Shown here one piece after another: positions 8,095 to 17,964 of a stretch of 64,000 nt of DNA. Where the stretch lies: assembly GCA_044225015.1 (NCBI GenBank), contig JBGAJG010000002.1:62113-126112 (forward strand), read 5' to 3'. Position 1 is the first letter of the stretch. Every line of letters starts with the position of its first letter. The position numbers were made by a program, and so were the translations under genes. This DNA comes from Chitinophagaceae bacterium. GTDB taxonomy: Bacteria; Bacteroidota; Bacteroidia; Chitinophagales; Chitinophagaceae. Below the pieces are notes generated by a model. The model was given only the letters and a program-made list of their open reading frames with translations, did not search any database and was not told the DNA's origin.

Positions 8095-9249
8095 CCTTTT
8101 AATCCGTTCCCTTTGCCTGGCTTTTTCGCCGGTGGCATAGTTTTTCAAAGTGATCACCGGCGTTGTGTGGCCGTCCAATGTAGCGGCGTGGTGGATATCC
8201 AGTTTCGCGGCGATCAGGTCGGCAAAGGTATGTTTCAGGGCATAAAAGTCCTTTTCAATGCCCAACCCGCGCTTTACATGCTTATCCCACCGCCGGTTCA
8301 CCTGATCCGCCCGGATCATCGATTTCCCAGGTCGCAGGTTCCTGGAAAATAAATACCATCCCGGTTTTGATTCCGCCAGCAATTCACGCCACAAAGGCAA
8401 TGCATCGTCGGTGATCACACGGATGTCATGCCGGTATGCGTTACCTTTCTTCACCAATACCCTGAATTCCTGGGACTGCAAATCCACGTCCGAGGCCTGC
8501 AGCCGGAATAGTTCGGTCGTTCTGGATCCGGAATAAAAGAAAATCACGATGTACCTGTAAAACGTGTATTGGCTATCCTTCAACCTGGTCAGGGCGGCCA
8601 GTTCATCCGGCGTCAAGGATTGGCGCATGTGAAACGTTTCCTTTGCCTTTGCGATATCCCGCACCGGGTTGGTTTCCGCCAATTCCAGTTCGATCAATTC
8701 CCGCCATATCCTGGAAAGGTATGCCCGATATTTGTTGAACCGTTTAGCCGAAAACCTGGGATTGGTTTCCCTGATGTGATCGAACACCTGTTTGATGTGT
8801 TTGCGGGATACATGGCCAATGGGATGGTCCGCCAGTCCCAAGGTGCGGGCGGCGGCGATCACCGCCCTGGCTACCGACCGGATATCGATCAACGTCCCTT
8901 TCACCGCCTGTATCTTCCCAACGGAAAATTCCAGGGCGTCGGCAAACCCTGTTTTTTCGCCCAATACGGGCGCCTTCATTTCCGGCAACACATTATCCCA
9001 TGGATTGAACCCGGCGTCCAGGATAGTGGTTTCCTGCACAATTAGGGCGGTTGTGGCGGCCTGGCGTTCCTTCAGGTCGTGGAACCTGTTCATTCCACGT
9101 ATAACAACCTGTTTGGGTTTGGGGAATCGAGGGTCATAAAACCGGTATGTGATCCGCCAGGGTGTGGCGGTGCTGGCCTTTGCCGTTTTCCAGTTTTTGG
9201 GGATGACGGATATCGGCGAAACCCGACATCCGTTTTGCAGTTGTTTCAT
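8062..9249 (-). CDS. Tyrosine recombinase / phage integrase
   Basis: 395 aa. C-terminal catalytic region has SGSRTTELFRL, ALKHTFADL and LDGHTTPVITLKNYA (R..H..H..Y pattern). Lies next to a tRNA 3' end. Confidence 0.85.
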   Translation of the reverse strand: MKQLQNGCRVSPISVIPKNWKTAKASTATPWRITYRFYDPRFPKPKQVVIRGMNRFHDLKERQAATTALIVQETTILDAGFNPWDNVLPEMKAPVLGEKTGFADALEFSVGKIQAVKGTLIDIRSVARAVIAAARTLGLADHPIGHVSRKHIKQVFDHIRETNPRFSAKRFNKYRAYLSRIWRELIELELAETNPVRDIAKAKETFHMRQSLTPDELAALTRLKDSQYTFYRYIVIFFYSGSRTTELFRLQASDVDLQSQEFRVLVKKGNAYRHDIRVITDDALPLWRELLAESKPGWYLFSRNLRPGKSMIRADQVNRRWDKHVKRGLGIEKDFYALKHTFADLIAAKLDIHHAATLDGHTTPVITLKNYATGEKARQRERIKRSGIRFGSDLI

Positions 9250-9300
9250 GTGCCAATTTGTGATCAGTATTGTTGCTACCTACTTTTTGACACCGGAGGC

Positions 9301-9323
9301 GGGGCGGGGTGAAACCCGCGCCC
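9301..9323. other. GC hairpin between the tRNA-Gln 3' end and the integrase start (possible insulator or terminator)
   Basis: GGGCGGG(G) TGAAA CCCGC(G)CCC. Shares the core GGGCGGGG..GAAACCCGC with the hairpin at 7095-7112. Confidence 0.35.
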
Positions 9324-9333
9324 GTTGTGATTG

Positions 9334-9404
9334 TTGCCCGACCTGGATTCGAACCAAGACAAACAGAACCAAAATCTGTCGTACTACCATTATACTATCG
9401 GGCA
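9334..9404 (-). tRNA. tRNA-Gln (anticodon TTG)
   Basis: Hand-folded cloverleaf. Acceptor TGCCCGA/TCGGGCA, D stem GTAT/GTAC, anticodon stem ACAGA/TCTGT with loop TTTTGGT, T arm CTTGG-TTCGAAT-CCAGG. 71 nt. Confidence 0.85.
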
Positions 9405-9426
9405 GCCTGTTCCGCAAAGCGGAGTG

Positions 9427-9457
9427 CAAAAATAGGTGAAAACTCATTTGTACCAAA
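9427..9457 (-). promoter_or_regulatory. Bacteroidota-type promoter for tRNA-Gln
   Basis: On the minus strand: TTTG (9457-9454), 19-nt spacer, TATTTTTG (9434-9427), about 22 nt upstream of the mature tRNA 5' end. Confidence 0.5.
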
Positions 9458-9622
9458 ATTTCAAACTAAACTGTTGAAAAACAAACGGTTGATCCCGGAT
9501 GGCAGTGCAGGGGATCCAATGGCAGGGCCATCTCTACCGTAATTTTACGGTTAAAAGTGGGCGCGGATATTTACGATTTTGAAAGCATTTTTCTATATTG
9601 GAAGGATTAAAGGCTCAACGAA

Positions 9623-10312
9623 ATGCGTAGCAACACCAGTTCCTTCTGGCTCTATATTGTTTTGCTCGTCTTGCTCATGTCTACTACCGAAAGCGATTTT
9701 CAGCATCGCAAGAAGATTATTTTCTTCGGTGATTCTATTACCCAGGCCGGCGTGCAGCAAGGAGGATACATTACTAGAATTAAGGATATGCTGCATGACC
9801 AGAAACAGGATGGCAATTTTGAATTGGTGGGAGCGGGCATCGGAGGTAACAAAATCTATGATCTATACCTCCGGATGGATGAGGACGTCATTTCCAAGAA
9901 CCCCAATCTGGTGGTGATTTATGTGGGTGTAAATGATGTCTGGCACAAGCAATCCTATGGAACAGGTACTGATGCGGATAAGTTTGAACGGTTTTACAGT
10001 GCGGTAATAGATAAATTACTGAAGCGGGATATAAAAGTAGTGTTGGCTACACCGGCCTGTATTGGCGAGCGCACAGATTTTTCCAATCAGCAGGATGGTG
10101 ACCTGAATAAATACAGCAACATCATCCGAAACCTCGCTAAAAAATATAACCTGCCGCTGGTAGATCTCAGAAAAGCCTTTCTGGACTACAACCTCAGCAA
10201 CAATCCGGATAACAAAGAGTCAGGGATCCTCACCTCAGACAGGGTGCATCTAAATGAGGCAGGAAATAAACTCTTAGCCGAAAAAATGTGGGAAATCCTT
10301 AAACCCCTTTGA
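9623..10312 (+). CDS. SGNH/GDSL-family hydrolase (secreted lipase or esterase)
   Basis: 229 aa. [10 protein letters not shown] (block I Ser), GGN, GVNDV and DRVHLN (Asp-x-x-His) blocks. Hydrophobic N-terminus. Confidence 0.85.
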   Translation: MRSNTSSFWLYIVLLVLLMSTTESDFQHRKKIIFFGDSITQAGVQQGGYITRIKDMLHDQKQDGNFELVGAGIGGNKIYDLYLRMDEDVISKNPNLVVIYVGVNDVWHKQSYGTGTDADKFERFYSAVIDKLLKRDIKVVLATPACIGERTDFSNQQDGDLNKYSNIIRNLAKKYNLPLVDLRKAFLDYNLSNNPDNKESGILTSDRVHLNEAGNKLLAEKMWEILKPL

Positions 10313-11582
10313 TCAGGTAGTAATTCTTTTTTCCTTTTTGAACGAGGATATATTTTCCATGTAACAGGTGTGCGGCAGAAACAATCATGCCAGCATCCGT
10401 CAGTTTTTCTTTATTGAGGCTAACGCCACCTCCCTGAATCGTTTTGCGGGCCTCACCCTTGCTGGGAAATACGCCTGTTTCGGCCATAAGCGATACGGCA
10501 TCTATCCCTTTTAAAAATGCTTCTTCGGCTACTTCAAAAACAGGGACACCCTCCAGGGATTGTAACAATTCATCTTCGTTGAGTTCACGGATATTTTCTG
10601 CTGCATTGCCGGAAAATAGCTTTTCAGTGGTTTGGATGGCTTTTTCCAATTCTTCCTGACCATGGATAAAGCGGGTTACCTCTTCCGCCAGTTTTTTCTG
10701 CAGGATGCGCTTTCCCGGATCCTGTTGGTGTTCTGCCGTAAGCATTGCTGTTTCCTCGCGGGTGAGAAAAGTGAAGATCTTCAGCCATTTTTCTGCATCA
10801 GCATCGGTTGCATTCAACCAGAACTGGTAGAAATGATAAGGAGAGGTTTTCTCAGGATCCAGCCATACATTCCCTTTTTCAGTTTTACCAAATTTTCCGC
10901 CGTCGGCTTTGGTGATCAGGGGGCAGGTAAAGGCAAAGGCCTCACCACCGGCTTTGCGGCGTACCAGTTCCGTTCCTGTAGTGATATTGCCCCATTGGTC
11001 ACTGCCACCCATTTGTAGTTTACAGCCCATGTTTTCATAGAGCCAGAAGAAGTCATAACCCTGCATGAGTTGATAACCGAACTCTGTGTAACTGATCCCG
11101 GTTTCGCCTTCAATCCTTTTACGCACGGAATCTTTGGACATCATGTAATTGACTGTAATGTGCTTACCCACGTCACGAAGAAAATGGATGAAAGAGATAT
11201 TCTTGAACCAGTCGTAGTTATTCACCAGCCTTGCCGCATGAGGGTTGGCAGGATTGAAATCAATGTATTTTTCCAGCTGTTGGCGGATTCCCTCCACGTT
11301 CCTGCGCAGGCTGTCTTCATCCAGGAGGTTGCGTTCTTCACTTTTCATGGAAGGGTCACCCACCATACCTGTTGCGCCACCCACCAGGGCTATGGGACGG
11401 TGGCCGGCTCTTTGGAGGTGAACCAGCAGCAGGATGGGTACAAGACTGCCAATGTGGAGGCTGTCTGCCGTAGGATCAAAGCCGATGTATCCGGAAACCT
11501 GTTCTTTTTGCAGGAGTTCTTCGGTTCCGGGCATGATGTCTTGTAGCATTCCCCGCCATTTCAGCTCTTCGATGAGGTTCAT
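10299..11582 (-). CDS. tyrS: Tyrosine--tRNA ligase
   Basis: HIGS (HIGH-like) and KFGKT (KMSKS-like) motifs and a C-terminal S4-like domain. Start set at MNLIEEL (11582), because a TACATTTG -7 box lies inside the longer track ORF. Confidence 0.93.
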   Translation of the reverse strand: MNLIEELKWRGMLQDIMPGTEELLQKEQVSGYIGFDPTADSLHIGSLVPILLLVHLQRAGHRPIALVGGATGMVGDPSMKSEERNLLDEDSLRRNVEGIRQQLEKYIDFNPANPHAARLVNNYDWFKNISFIHFLRDVGKHITVNYMMSKDSVRKRIEGETGISYTEFGYQLMQGYDFFWLYENMGCKLQMGGSDQWGNITTGTELVRRKAGGEAFAFTCPLITKADGGKFGKTEKGNVWLDPEKTSPYHFYQFWLNATDADAEKWLKIFTFLTREETAMLTAEHQQDPGKRILQKKLAEEVTRFIHGQEELEKAIQTTEKLFSGNAAENIRELNEDELLQSLEGVPVFEVAEEAFLKGIDAVSLMAETGVFPSKGEARKTIQGGGVSLNKEKLTDAGMIVSAAHLLHGKYILVQKGKKNYYLIKGV

Positions 11583-11599
11583 TTCCAATGAATTTGCCG

Positions 11600-11607
11600 C
11601 AAATGTA
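11600..11607 (-). promoter_or_regulatory. -7 box TACATTTG upstream of tyrS
   Basis: Exact TAnnTTTG on the minus strand, 17 nt upstream of ATG 11582. Confidence 0.45.
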
Positions 11608-11709
11608 TGACATGGAAGGGTACCACAGAAAGGCAATATCCCAACCCTTAAGGCGTTTTATTAGTCTATTTTAGTTACACAATAGGCTGATCATTGGGCT
11701 GTTAAGGAT

Positions 11710-11717
11710 TACATTTG
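11710..11717 (+). promoter_or_regulatory. -7 box TACATTTG upstream of the PorV-like gene
   Basis: Exact TAnnTTTG on the + strand, 57 nt upstream of ATG 11775. It overlaps the track's alternative start at 11715. Confidence 0.45.
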
Positions 11718-11774
11718 TATAATGCCTTGGCTTCTAAGGAGATCGTGGCTATTGCTTATTGGAAAGTTTACCGG

Positions 11775-12887
11775 ATGAAACTGAACAAAAACCTGACCCT
11801 CATCACCCTGATGCTGTGCCTTACCCAAACCGGATTGGCTCAATTCAGGAAATATTCTAATGAATTTCTGAACATTGGCGCTGGTGCGAGAGGATTGGCA
11901 ATGGGCGGAGCCCAGGTGGCATCCAGCCAGGATGGAACTTCGGGGTACTGGAATCCGGCAGGCCTCACCGGGCTGAAAGACTATCCGGTATTGTCCCTGA
12001 TGCATGCGGAGTATTTTGCAGGAATAGGAAAATACGATTTCCTGAGCCTGGCCATTCCGATGACGGACAAGAAACGAACACTGGGGATCTCTATTCTTCG
12101 ATTTGGGGTAGACGATATTCCTAATACACTCTTCCTGATTGAACCGGACGGTTCTATCAACTACAACAATATTCGTTCTTTCTCTTCCGCGGATTATGCA
12201 TTCTTACTTTCATATGCGCAAACCATCAGAAAGACAGAAACAAAGCACCTTTCCTTTGGCGTAAATGCGAAAGTGATCCATCGTAATGTGGGAACCTTCG
12301 CCAGTGCCTGGGGCTTTGGACTGGACGCCGGTGTGCAATACCAGACAAAACGCTGGAAACTGGGTATTGCGGCCAGGGATCTCACCACTACTTTTAATGC
12401 CTGGACCTTCAGTTTTACGGAACAGGAGAAAGAAATTCTTTACCTGACCAATAATGATATTCCGGTAAAGTCAACGGAGATGACCGCCCCAAGGCTGATC
12501 GTGGGTGCAGCATATGACTGGAAGATCAACAACGCGCTCAACCTTTTATCTGAGGTGAATCTGGATCTCACTTTTGATGGTAAACGTAATGTTTTACTGA
12601 GTGCAGACCCCCTTAGTGTGGATCCCCGTGTAGGCCTTGAATTAGGATATAAGCAGACTATTTTCCTCAGAACCGGCATTTACAATTTCCAGCAGGCACT
12701 GGCAGACGGGGATACCCTGAACCAGAAGAAAGTCTGGATATACCAGCCCAGTATAGGTGTAGGCTTTAAGTTGAAACACATAGGCATTGACTATGCGTTC
12801 ACCAACCTGGCGAATCAGTCTAATCCGTTATATACCCATATTTTTTCGTTGCGATTAAACCTCGTTAAAACGAAGAAGAAAAGCTGA
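11775..12887 (+). CDS. PorV/PorQ-family (FadL-like) outer-membrane beta-barrel protein
   Basis: Signal peptide MKLNKNLTLITLMLCLTQTGLAQ. Family-like N-terminal motif FLNIGAGARGLAMGGAQVASSQDGTSGYWNPAGL. Alternating beta-strand pattern. Lies 16 nt upstream of the C25 peptidase gene. Confidence 0.65.
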   Translation: MKLNKNLTLITLMLCLTQTGLAQFRKYSNEFLNIGAGARGLAMGGAQVASSQDGTSGYWNPAGLTGLKDYPVLSLMHAEYFAGIGKYDFLSLAIPMTDKKRTLGISILRFGVDDIPNTLFLIEPDGSINYNNIRSFSSADYAFLLSYAQTIRKTETKHLSFGVNAKVIHRNVGTFASAWGFGLDAGVQYQTKRWKLGIAARDLTTTFNAWTFSFTEQEKEILYLTNNDIPVKSTEMTAPRLIVGAAYDWKINNALNLLSEVNLDLTFDGKRNVLLSADPLSVDPRVGLELGYKQTIFLRTGIYNFQQALADGDTLNQKKVWIYQPSIGVGFKLKHIGIDYAFTNLANQSNPLYTHIFSLRLNLVKTKKKS

Positions 12888-12903
12888 TCCAAAACATCCA
12901 CGT

Positions 12904-15900
12904 ATGAAGAGAGTACTTTTTTTGGTAGGACTGCTGCTGATTGGAATGGGTGTTAAAGCCCAGTTCAACAATGAGTGGATTGATTATTCCAAAACCTATT
13001 ATAAATTCAAGGTGGCCAGCAATGGCCTTTACAGGATATCCCGTGCAACATTAGACGCATCAGGCATAGGTGGTACACCCGTTGAACAGTTCAGGCTGTT
13101 CAGAAATGGCGTTGAAGTGCCGCTCTACACCACAATTCCGTCAGGTGCTTTGGGTGGGTCAGATTACATCGAGTTTTATGGCAAAATGAATGATGGGAAG
13201 CCGGATAACAAACTGTACTATATATCCAGTTTTCAGCTCAACGATGTATGGAGCCTGGAAACAGACACCTCTTCATATTTTCTGGTAGCGGATCCTGCAG
13301 CCACCGGGCTTCGTTATAATACCCAGGTAAATGACGTGGCGGGTAATGCCCTGCCAGTGGAGCCTTATTTCATGTACACTTTTAAGAAGCCTTACAGGGA
13401 AATGATCAACCCCGGTTTTGCTGTGGATCTTAAAACGGCATATGTTTACTCATCATCTTATGACCAGGGTGAGGGATGGAGCAGTGGTGACATCTTCCAT
13501 GGATCACCCTTAACCGAAAACATCGGCGATCTTGCACCTTATTCAGGAGGGCCTTCCAGTGTGCTTAGCATTTCTGCGTCTGGCAATACGTTCACAGCAA
13601 GAACTATTCAGGTAGCCATTAACGGAACCACCCTGATCAATTCCGCCATGAACTATTTTTTTGCTTCTACAAAGCAGGCAAATTTTTCAGGATCGATCCT
13701 CGGAAAGCCGGGTGGAGACCAGGTGGTTATTACTAATACCACGGCAGACCCAAGGGTGGTAGACAGGATGGTTGTAGCCACTTTCAGTATCACCTATCCA
13801 CGCAAATTTGATTTTGGAGGGAACAAGCAATTTGAATTTCAGCTTCCGGCAAACCCGGCGGGTATGTACATTGAAATTGCCAATTTTAATGCAGGTTCAA
13901 CAGCGCCGGTTTTGTATGATATGGCTAACAGGGAGCGCTATGTGGGCGTAGTGAATGGCGGCCTCGTGAAATTTGCATTGAAGCCTTCATTCCAGCCCAG
14001 GCAACTGGTGTTGTTGAATGCGGATAATAGTGAGATCAGGAGCATAAATACATTGAAGCCCCGGAATTTTATCAACTATGGTCAATCCGCTAACCAGGGA
14101 AATGCTTTGTACATTGCGCACAAGAGTCTCTTCAGCAGTTCAAGGGGAAATCCTGTGGATGCATTTAAAACCTACCGATCTTCTGCGGCCGGAGGTAGTT
14201 ATAACCCAATCATTGTAGACATCGAAGAGCTCTATGATCAGTTTGCTTTCGGGATCCAGGAGCACCCCCTGTCTGTCAAAAATTTTATCAACTATTCCCT
14301 GAATCGATTTGCCGTAAAGCCAAAACACGTGCTGCTGTTTGGCCGGGGTACGGTTTATTCCGATGTTAGAATGCGCGATCAGTTTGCAGCAAGCCATGAA
14401 ATCAATCTGGTGCCTACGTTTGGGTATCCAGGTTCAGATAATGTGCTTGCGTCATCAAATTTCATCGCCAGTCCTGCCATACCCATAGGCAGAATTGCCG
14501 CTATTAACGGAGATGAAGTGATGACTTACCTTGACAAGGTAAAAGAGCATGAGAGTATGCTCTCCACTGTGCCACAAACCATCAAGGACAAAGCCTGGAT
14601 GAAAAATGTAGTGCATGCAATTGGTGGCAGTGACCCCTATCTGCAGTCGGTGATTTTTGGATACATGAACACCAACAAGTCTGTTGTTGAAGATACATTG
14701 TACGGTGGAAAAGTATATACATTCAGCAAGAACTCTTCCCTGGGTGTTGAACAGCTGACCTCTGAAGAACTCACTAATCTGTTTTCAGATGGCATCAGTT
14801 TGCTGACTTATTTTGGGCACTCTTCCCAGAATACCCTGGAGTTTAATATTGACGATCCTAATAAATACAGTAACAAAGGCAAGTACCCTCTATTTGTGGT
14901 GAATGGGTGTAACGCAGGAAATATATTCACTTATGATACTACGCGCCGAATTGGTGGCGGCATGTCTCTCTCTGAAAACTATATGCTTACCAAGGACAGG
15001 GGGAGTATAGGATTTCTTGCCAGTTCGCATTTTGGCATCGTGAATTACCTGAATATCTACACCTCAAGTATTTATCACAGCATTTCAGTAGAGCGATATG
15101 GGCAAACATTGGGAGAAATGCAGAAATATGCCCTGGAAAGATTACTGCTAAATGTGCCGTCTGGTGATTTTTATGGAAGGATGCATGCTGAACAAATCAA
15201 CCTCCATGGAGATCCGGCGTTGCAGTTTTACGGATCGCCACAGGCAGACTATGTCATAGAAGAGCCGTTAGTGAAAGTAACGCCTTTGCCAGTTTCCGTG
15301 GCAGAAACAGATTTTACCCTGAATGTGAAGTGGTTAAATATCGGAAGGGCAGTGGGTGACAGCTTTAGGGTAAAAGTAACGAGACTGTTGCCTAACGGAA
15401 CCACAGTTGAGTTATTCAACCAACGGATTCCTACCACTTTATATAAAGATTCCATTGAATTGAGGGTGCCTGTCAATCCTATTACGGATAAAGGCGAAAA
15501 CAAGATCACGGTTGTATTGGATGCAGATAATACTATACCTGAAATGTCTGAATCAAATAATACAGTGACCCTCAGTTTCCTGATTATTGATGACGAGATC
15601 AGACCTATCTCTCCTTACAACTATGCCATTATCAACAAACAGCCCCTTACATTCTATGCATCAACAGCCAATCCATTCTCGCCTGTTAAAAGCTATATGA
15701 TTGAGGTGGATACCACTGAATTGTTTAACTCATCATTTAAGAAAAGCCAGACCCTGTCTTCGCCTGGTGGTTTGCTGCAATTTAATATACCAGGGCTTAC
15801 CCTCCAGGACAGTACCGTTTATTATTGGCGAACAGCACAGGTGCCCGCGGGTAATGTGGCACCTACATGGAATACATCATCTTTTGTATACCTTCCCAGT

Positions 15901-17964
15901 AGCACTCCGGGATATAATCAAAGCCATTACTACCAGATAGCAAAAAGTAGTTTCCATAAAATGACGCTGGACCAGGATCGGGTCATGAGGTTTACAACTA
16001 AAAAGCGAAACCTTTCCATCAAAACAGGTATTTATCCATACTTTATTAACGACCGTCTTACCGTTAATCTTGACGATGATATTGTCTCCAGCTATGGATG
16101 TAGATACAGCTCATTGCAGATCGTAATATATGATAAAGTTACCCTGGAGCCATGGAAGAATAGTGTGCAGCCAGATGGTGGCGGACGTTTTGGCAGTTGG
16201 AGACCATGTAGTTCCAATAAAGCATTTGAATTCCCATACGGAGATCCAGTGTACAGAAAACGAGCCATTGATTTTCTGAATTCAATCCCGGCAGGTAGTT
16301 ACATTTCTATCACTAACCTTGGCGCTGATTTTAATACTTCATTTATTGGCGATTGGATGAACGATACGCTTACACTGGGTTCTGGACAGTCCCTTTATCA
16401 TACACTGAAGCAACTTGGTTTTGTGGATATCGATAACTTTACAACTAACCTTCCATTTATCTTCCTTACAAGAAAAGGTGGTTTTGGGTTTCCCAATTAC
16501 CAGAAAATGGGCCTCAAAATTGACGATTATCTTGAAGCCGTTTTCAACCTTGATGCATCAGAAAGCCATGGCACCGTTGAATCACCCTGGTTTGGACCCG
16601 CGCTGAAGTGGAATCATATGCGCTGGAGTGGTACGGATGTAAATCCCTACTCAGACAGTGTAGCCATAGACATAGTAGGTAAGAATTACCAGGGCCAGGA
16701 AACCCTGCTCGCTACAATTTATCCTTCAACAGATTCAACACTCAGTTTTGTGGATGCTAAACAGTTTCCGTTCATCAGGCTGAGGATGAATAATTCTGAT
16801 GTCTTGAACGGCACGCCCAATCAATTGCGTTACTGGAGGATCAATGCAGACCTGCCACCGGAAGGTGCCATTGCTCCTAATGTGTATTTGAAAGCCAAAG
16901 ATAGTTTGGATGTGGGTGAACCATATACTTTGGAGGTGGCGTTCAAAAATGTGAGCCAATCTGCTTTTGACAGTGTGGCTGTTCAGATGACGGTTACCGA
17001 TGCAAGTAATACGGTAAGGGATATTAAAGTGCCCAAACAAAAACCCATTCCTGTAGGAGATACCCTTGTGTTGCGTTATCCTTTGGATACAAAGGATCTA
17101 GTGGGAGTTAATACAGTTTTTCTGAATTTCAATCCAAACTTTGCACAGCCTGAACAGTATCTGTTTAACAACTTCCTGTTTAAGAGCTTTAAGGTACAGG
17201 GAGACAGTTATGACCCAACCCTGGATGTGACTTTTGATGGCGTAAGGATACTGAACCGGGATATCGTTTCTTCCAAGCCAAGTATCGTGATCAAACTCAC
17301 AGACAATAACAGGTTCATGCTGCTGGATGACACTTCACTGGTTAGTGTCAAAGTGCAATACCCTAATGGAGTCACCAAAGAGTATAGATTTGACAATGAC
17401 ACACTGAAATTCACGCCGGCTGTAAATTCTAACGGTTCAAAGGACAACACTGCAACTATTGATTTCAAGCCTGCCTTCCTGGAAGATGGCCTGTATGATC
17501 TGATCATTACCGGGAAAGATAAGAGCGGGAATGCATCCGGAGTAATTGAGTATAAGGTAAGTTTCAGTATTGTCAATAAACCAATGATCTCTAATTTGCT
17601 CAACTATCCCAATCCGTTTACATCATCCACCGCCTTTGTGTTTACACTTACCGGCAGTGAGATTCCGCAGAATATGCGTATTCAAATTTTGACGGTTACA
17701 GGAAAGGTGGTGAGAGAGATCACTAAGGATGAACTGGGTCCAATTCACATTGGCCGAAATATCACCCAATACAAGTGGGATGGAACGGATCAATATGGGC
17801 AGAAACTTGCAAATGGTGTTTATTTGTATCGTGTGATCACCAACCTGAATGGCAAATCCCTGGATAGGCTTGATCTAACTGGAAAGAATGCTGAGCGGTA
17901 TTCAGACAAAAGTACTGACAGGTATTTCCAAAGCGGCTACGGTAAAATGTATCTTATGCGGTAG
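12904..17964 (+). CDS. Giant secreted peptidase C25 (gingipain-fold) protein, PorU-like T9SS sortase paralog candidate
   Basis: 1686 aa with a signal peptide. YFGH (His639, nt 14818-14820) and VVNGCNAG (Cys669, nt 14908-14910) lie 30 residues apart, close to the spacing I recall for gingipains. Two CARDB-like modules (..EMSESNNTVTL; ..PEQYLFNNF). C-terminal CTD-like sandwich NYPNPF...GVYLYRV plus a 45-aa tail. Confidence 0.65.
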   Translation: MKRVLFLVGLLLIGMGVKAQFNNEWIDYSKTYYKFKVASNGLYRISRATLDASGIGGTPVEQFRLFRNGVEVPLYTTIPSGALGGSDYIEFYGKMNDGKPDNKLYYISSFQLNDVWSLETDTSSYFLVADPAATGLRYNTQVNDVAGNALPVEPYFMYTFKKPYREMINPGFAVDLKTAYVYSSSYDQGEGWSSGDIFHGSPLTENIGDLAPYSGGPSSVLSISASGNTFTARTIQVAINGTTLINSAMNYFFASTKQANFSGSILGKPGGDQVVITNTTADPRVVDRMVVATFSITYPRKFDFGGNKQFEFQLPANPAGMYIEIANFNAGSTAPVLYDMANRERYVGVVNGGLVKFALKPSFQPRQLVLLNADNSEIRSINTLKPRNFINYGQSANQGNALYIAHKSLFSSSRGNPVDAFKTYRSSAAGGSYNPIIVDIEELYDQFAFGIQEHPLSVKNFINYSLNRFAVKPKHVLLFGRGTVYSDVRMRDQFAASHEINLVPTFGYPGSDNVLASSNFIASPAIPIGRIAAINGDEVMTYLDKVKEHESMLSTVPQTIKDKAWMKNVVHAIGGSDPYLQSVIFGYMNTNKSVVEDTLYGGKVYTFSKNSSLGVEQLTSEELTNLFSDGISLLTYFGHSSQNTLEFNIDDPNKYSNKGKYPLFVVNGCNAGNIFTYDTTRRIGGGMSLSENYMLTKDRGSIGFLASSHFGIVNYLNIYTSSIYHSISVERYGQTLGEMQKYALERLLLNVPSGDFYGRMHAEQINLHGDPALQFYGSPQADYVIEEPLVKVTPLPVSVAETDFTLNVKWLNIGRAVGDSFRVKVTRLLPNGTTVELFNQRIPTTLYKDSIELRVPVNPITDKGENKITVVLDADNTIPEMSESNNTVTLSFLIIDDEIRPISPYNYAIINKQPLTFYASTANPFSPVKSYMIEVDTTELFNSSFKKSQTLSSPGGLLQFNIPGLTLQDSTVYYWRTAQVPAGNVAPTWNTSSFVYLPSSTPGYNQSHYYQIAKSSFHKMTLDQDRVMRFTTKKRNLSIKTGIYPYFINDRLTVNLDDDIVSSYGCRYSSLQIVIYDKVTLEPWKNSVQPDGGGRFGSWRPCSSNKAFEFPYGDPVYRKRAIDFLNSIPAGSYISITNLGADFNTSFIGDWMNDTLTLGSGQSLYHTLKQLGFVDIDNFTTNLPFIFLTRKGGFGFPNYQKMGLKIDDYLEAVFNLDASESHGTVESPWFGPALKWNHMRWSGTDVNPYSDSVAIDIVGKNYQGQETLLATIYPSTDSTLSFVDAKQFPFIRLRMNNSDVLNGTPNQLRYWRINADLPPEGAIAPNVYLKAKDSLDVGEPYTLEVAFKNVSQSAFDSVAVQMTVTDASNTVRDIKVPKQKPIPVGDTLVLRYPLDTKDLVGVNTVFLNFNPNFAQPEQYLFNNFLFKSFKVQGDSYDPTLDVTFDGVRILNRDIVSSKPSIVIKLTDNNRFMLLDDTSLVSVKVQYPNGVTKEYRFDNDTLKFTPAVNSNGSKDNTATIDFKPAFLEDGLYDLIITGKDKSGNASGVIEYKVSFSIVNKPMISNLLNYPNPFTSSTAFVFTLTGSEIPQNMRIQILTVTGKVVREITKDELGPIHIGRNITQYKWDGTDQYGQKLANGVYLYRVITNLNGKSLDRLDLTGKNAERYSDKSTDRYFQSGYGKMYLMR

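Larger units (their letters stand above)
1..9333. mobile_element. Right arm of an integrated temperate phage (tail-fibre-like genes, lysis cassette, accessory cassette, integrase) abutting the 3' end of tRNA-Gln; the other end lies outside the window
   Basis: Tightly packed co-directional + strand genes with 1-4 nt overlaps. M15 endolysin plus holin-like membrane proteins. The 5' end of the tyrosine integrase (8062-9249) faces the 3' end of tRNA-Gln (9334-9404). Confidence 0.7.

Noticed and set aside
9149-9917. Track ORFs 9149-9439, 9309-9542 and 9579-9917 around the tRNA-Gln locus
   Set aside because: They overlap the tRNA, its promoter or the out-of-frame start of the SGNH hydrolase. Their composition is not protein-like (Cys/Arg-rich).
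11583-11636. N-terminal extensions in the ORF track (tyrS 11636, PorV-like 11715, ribE 22435, rplK 28933, esterase 4736, methyltransferase 19848, 7052, 7732, 3260, 56450)
   Set aside because: The extensions cover promoter motifs or neighbouring genes, or they precede the canonical conserved N-termini and signal peptides. Internal ATGs give standard protein starts.
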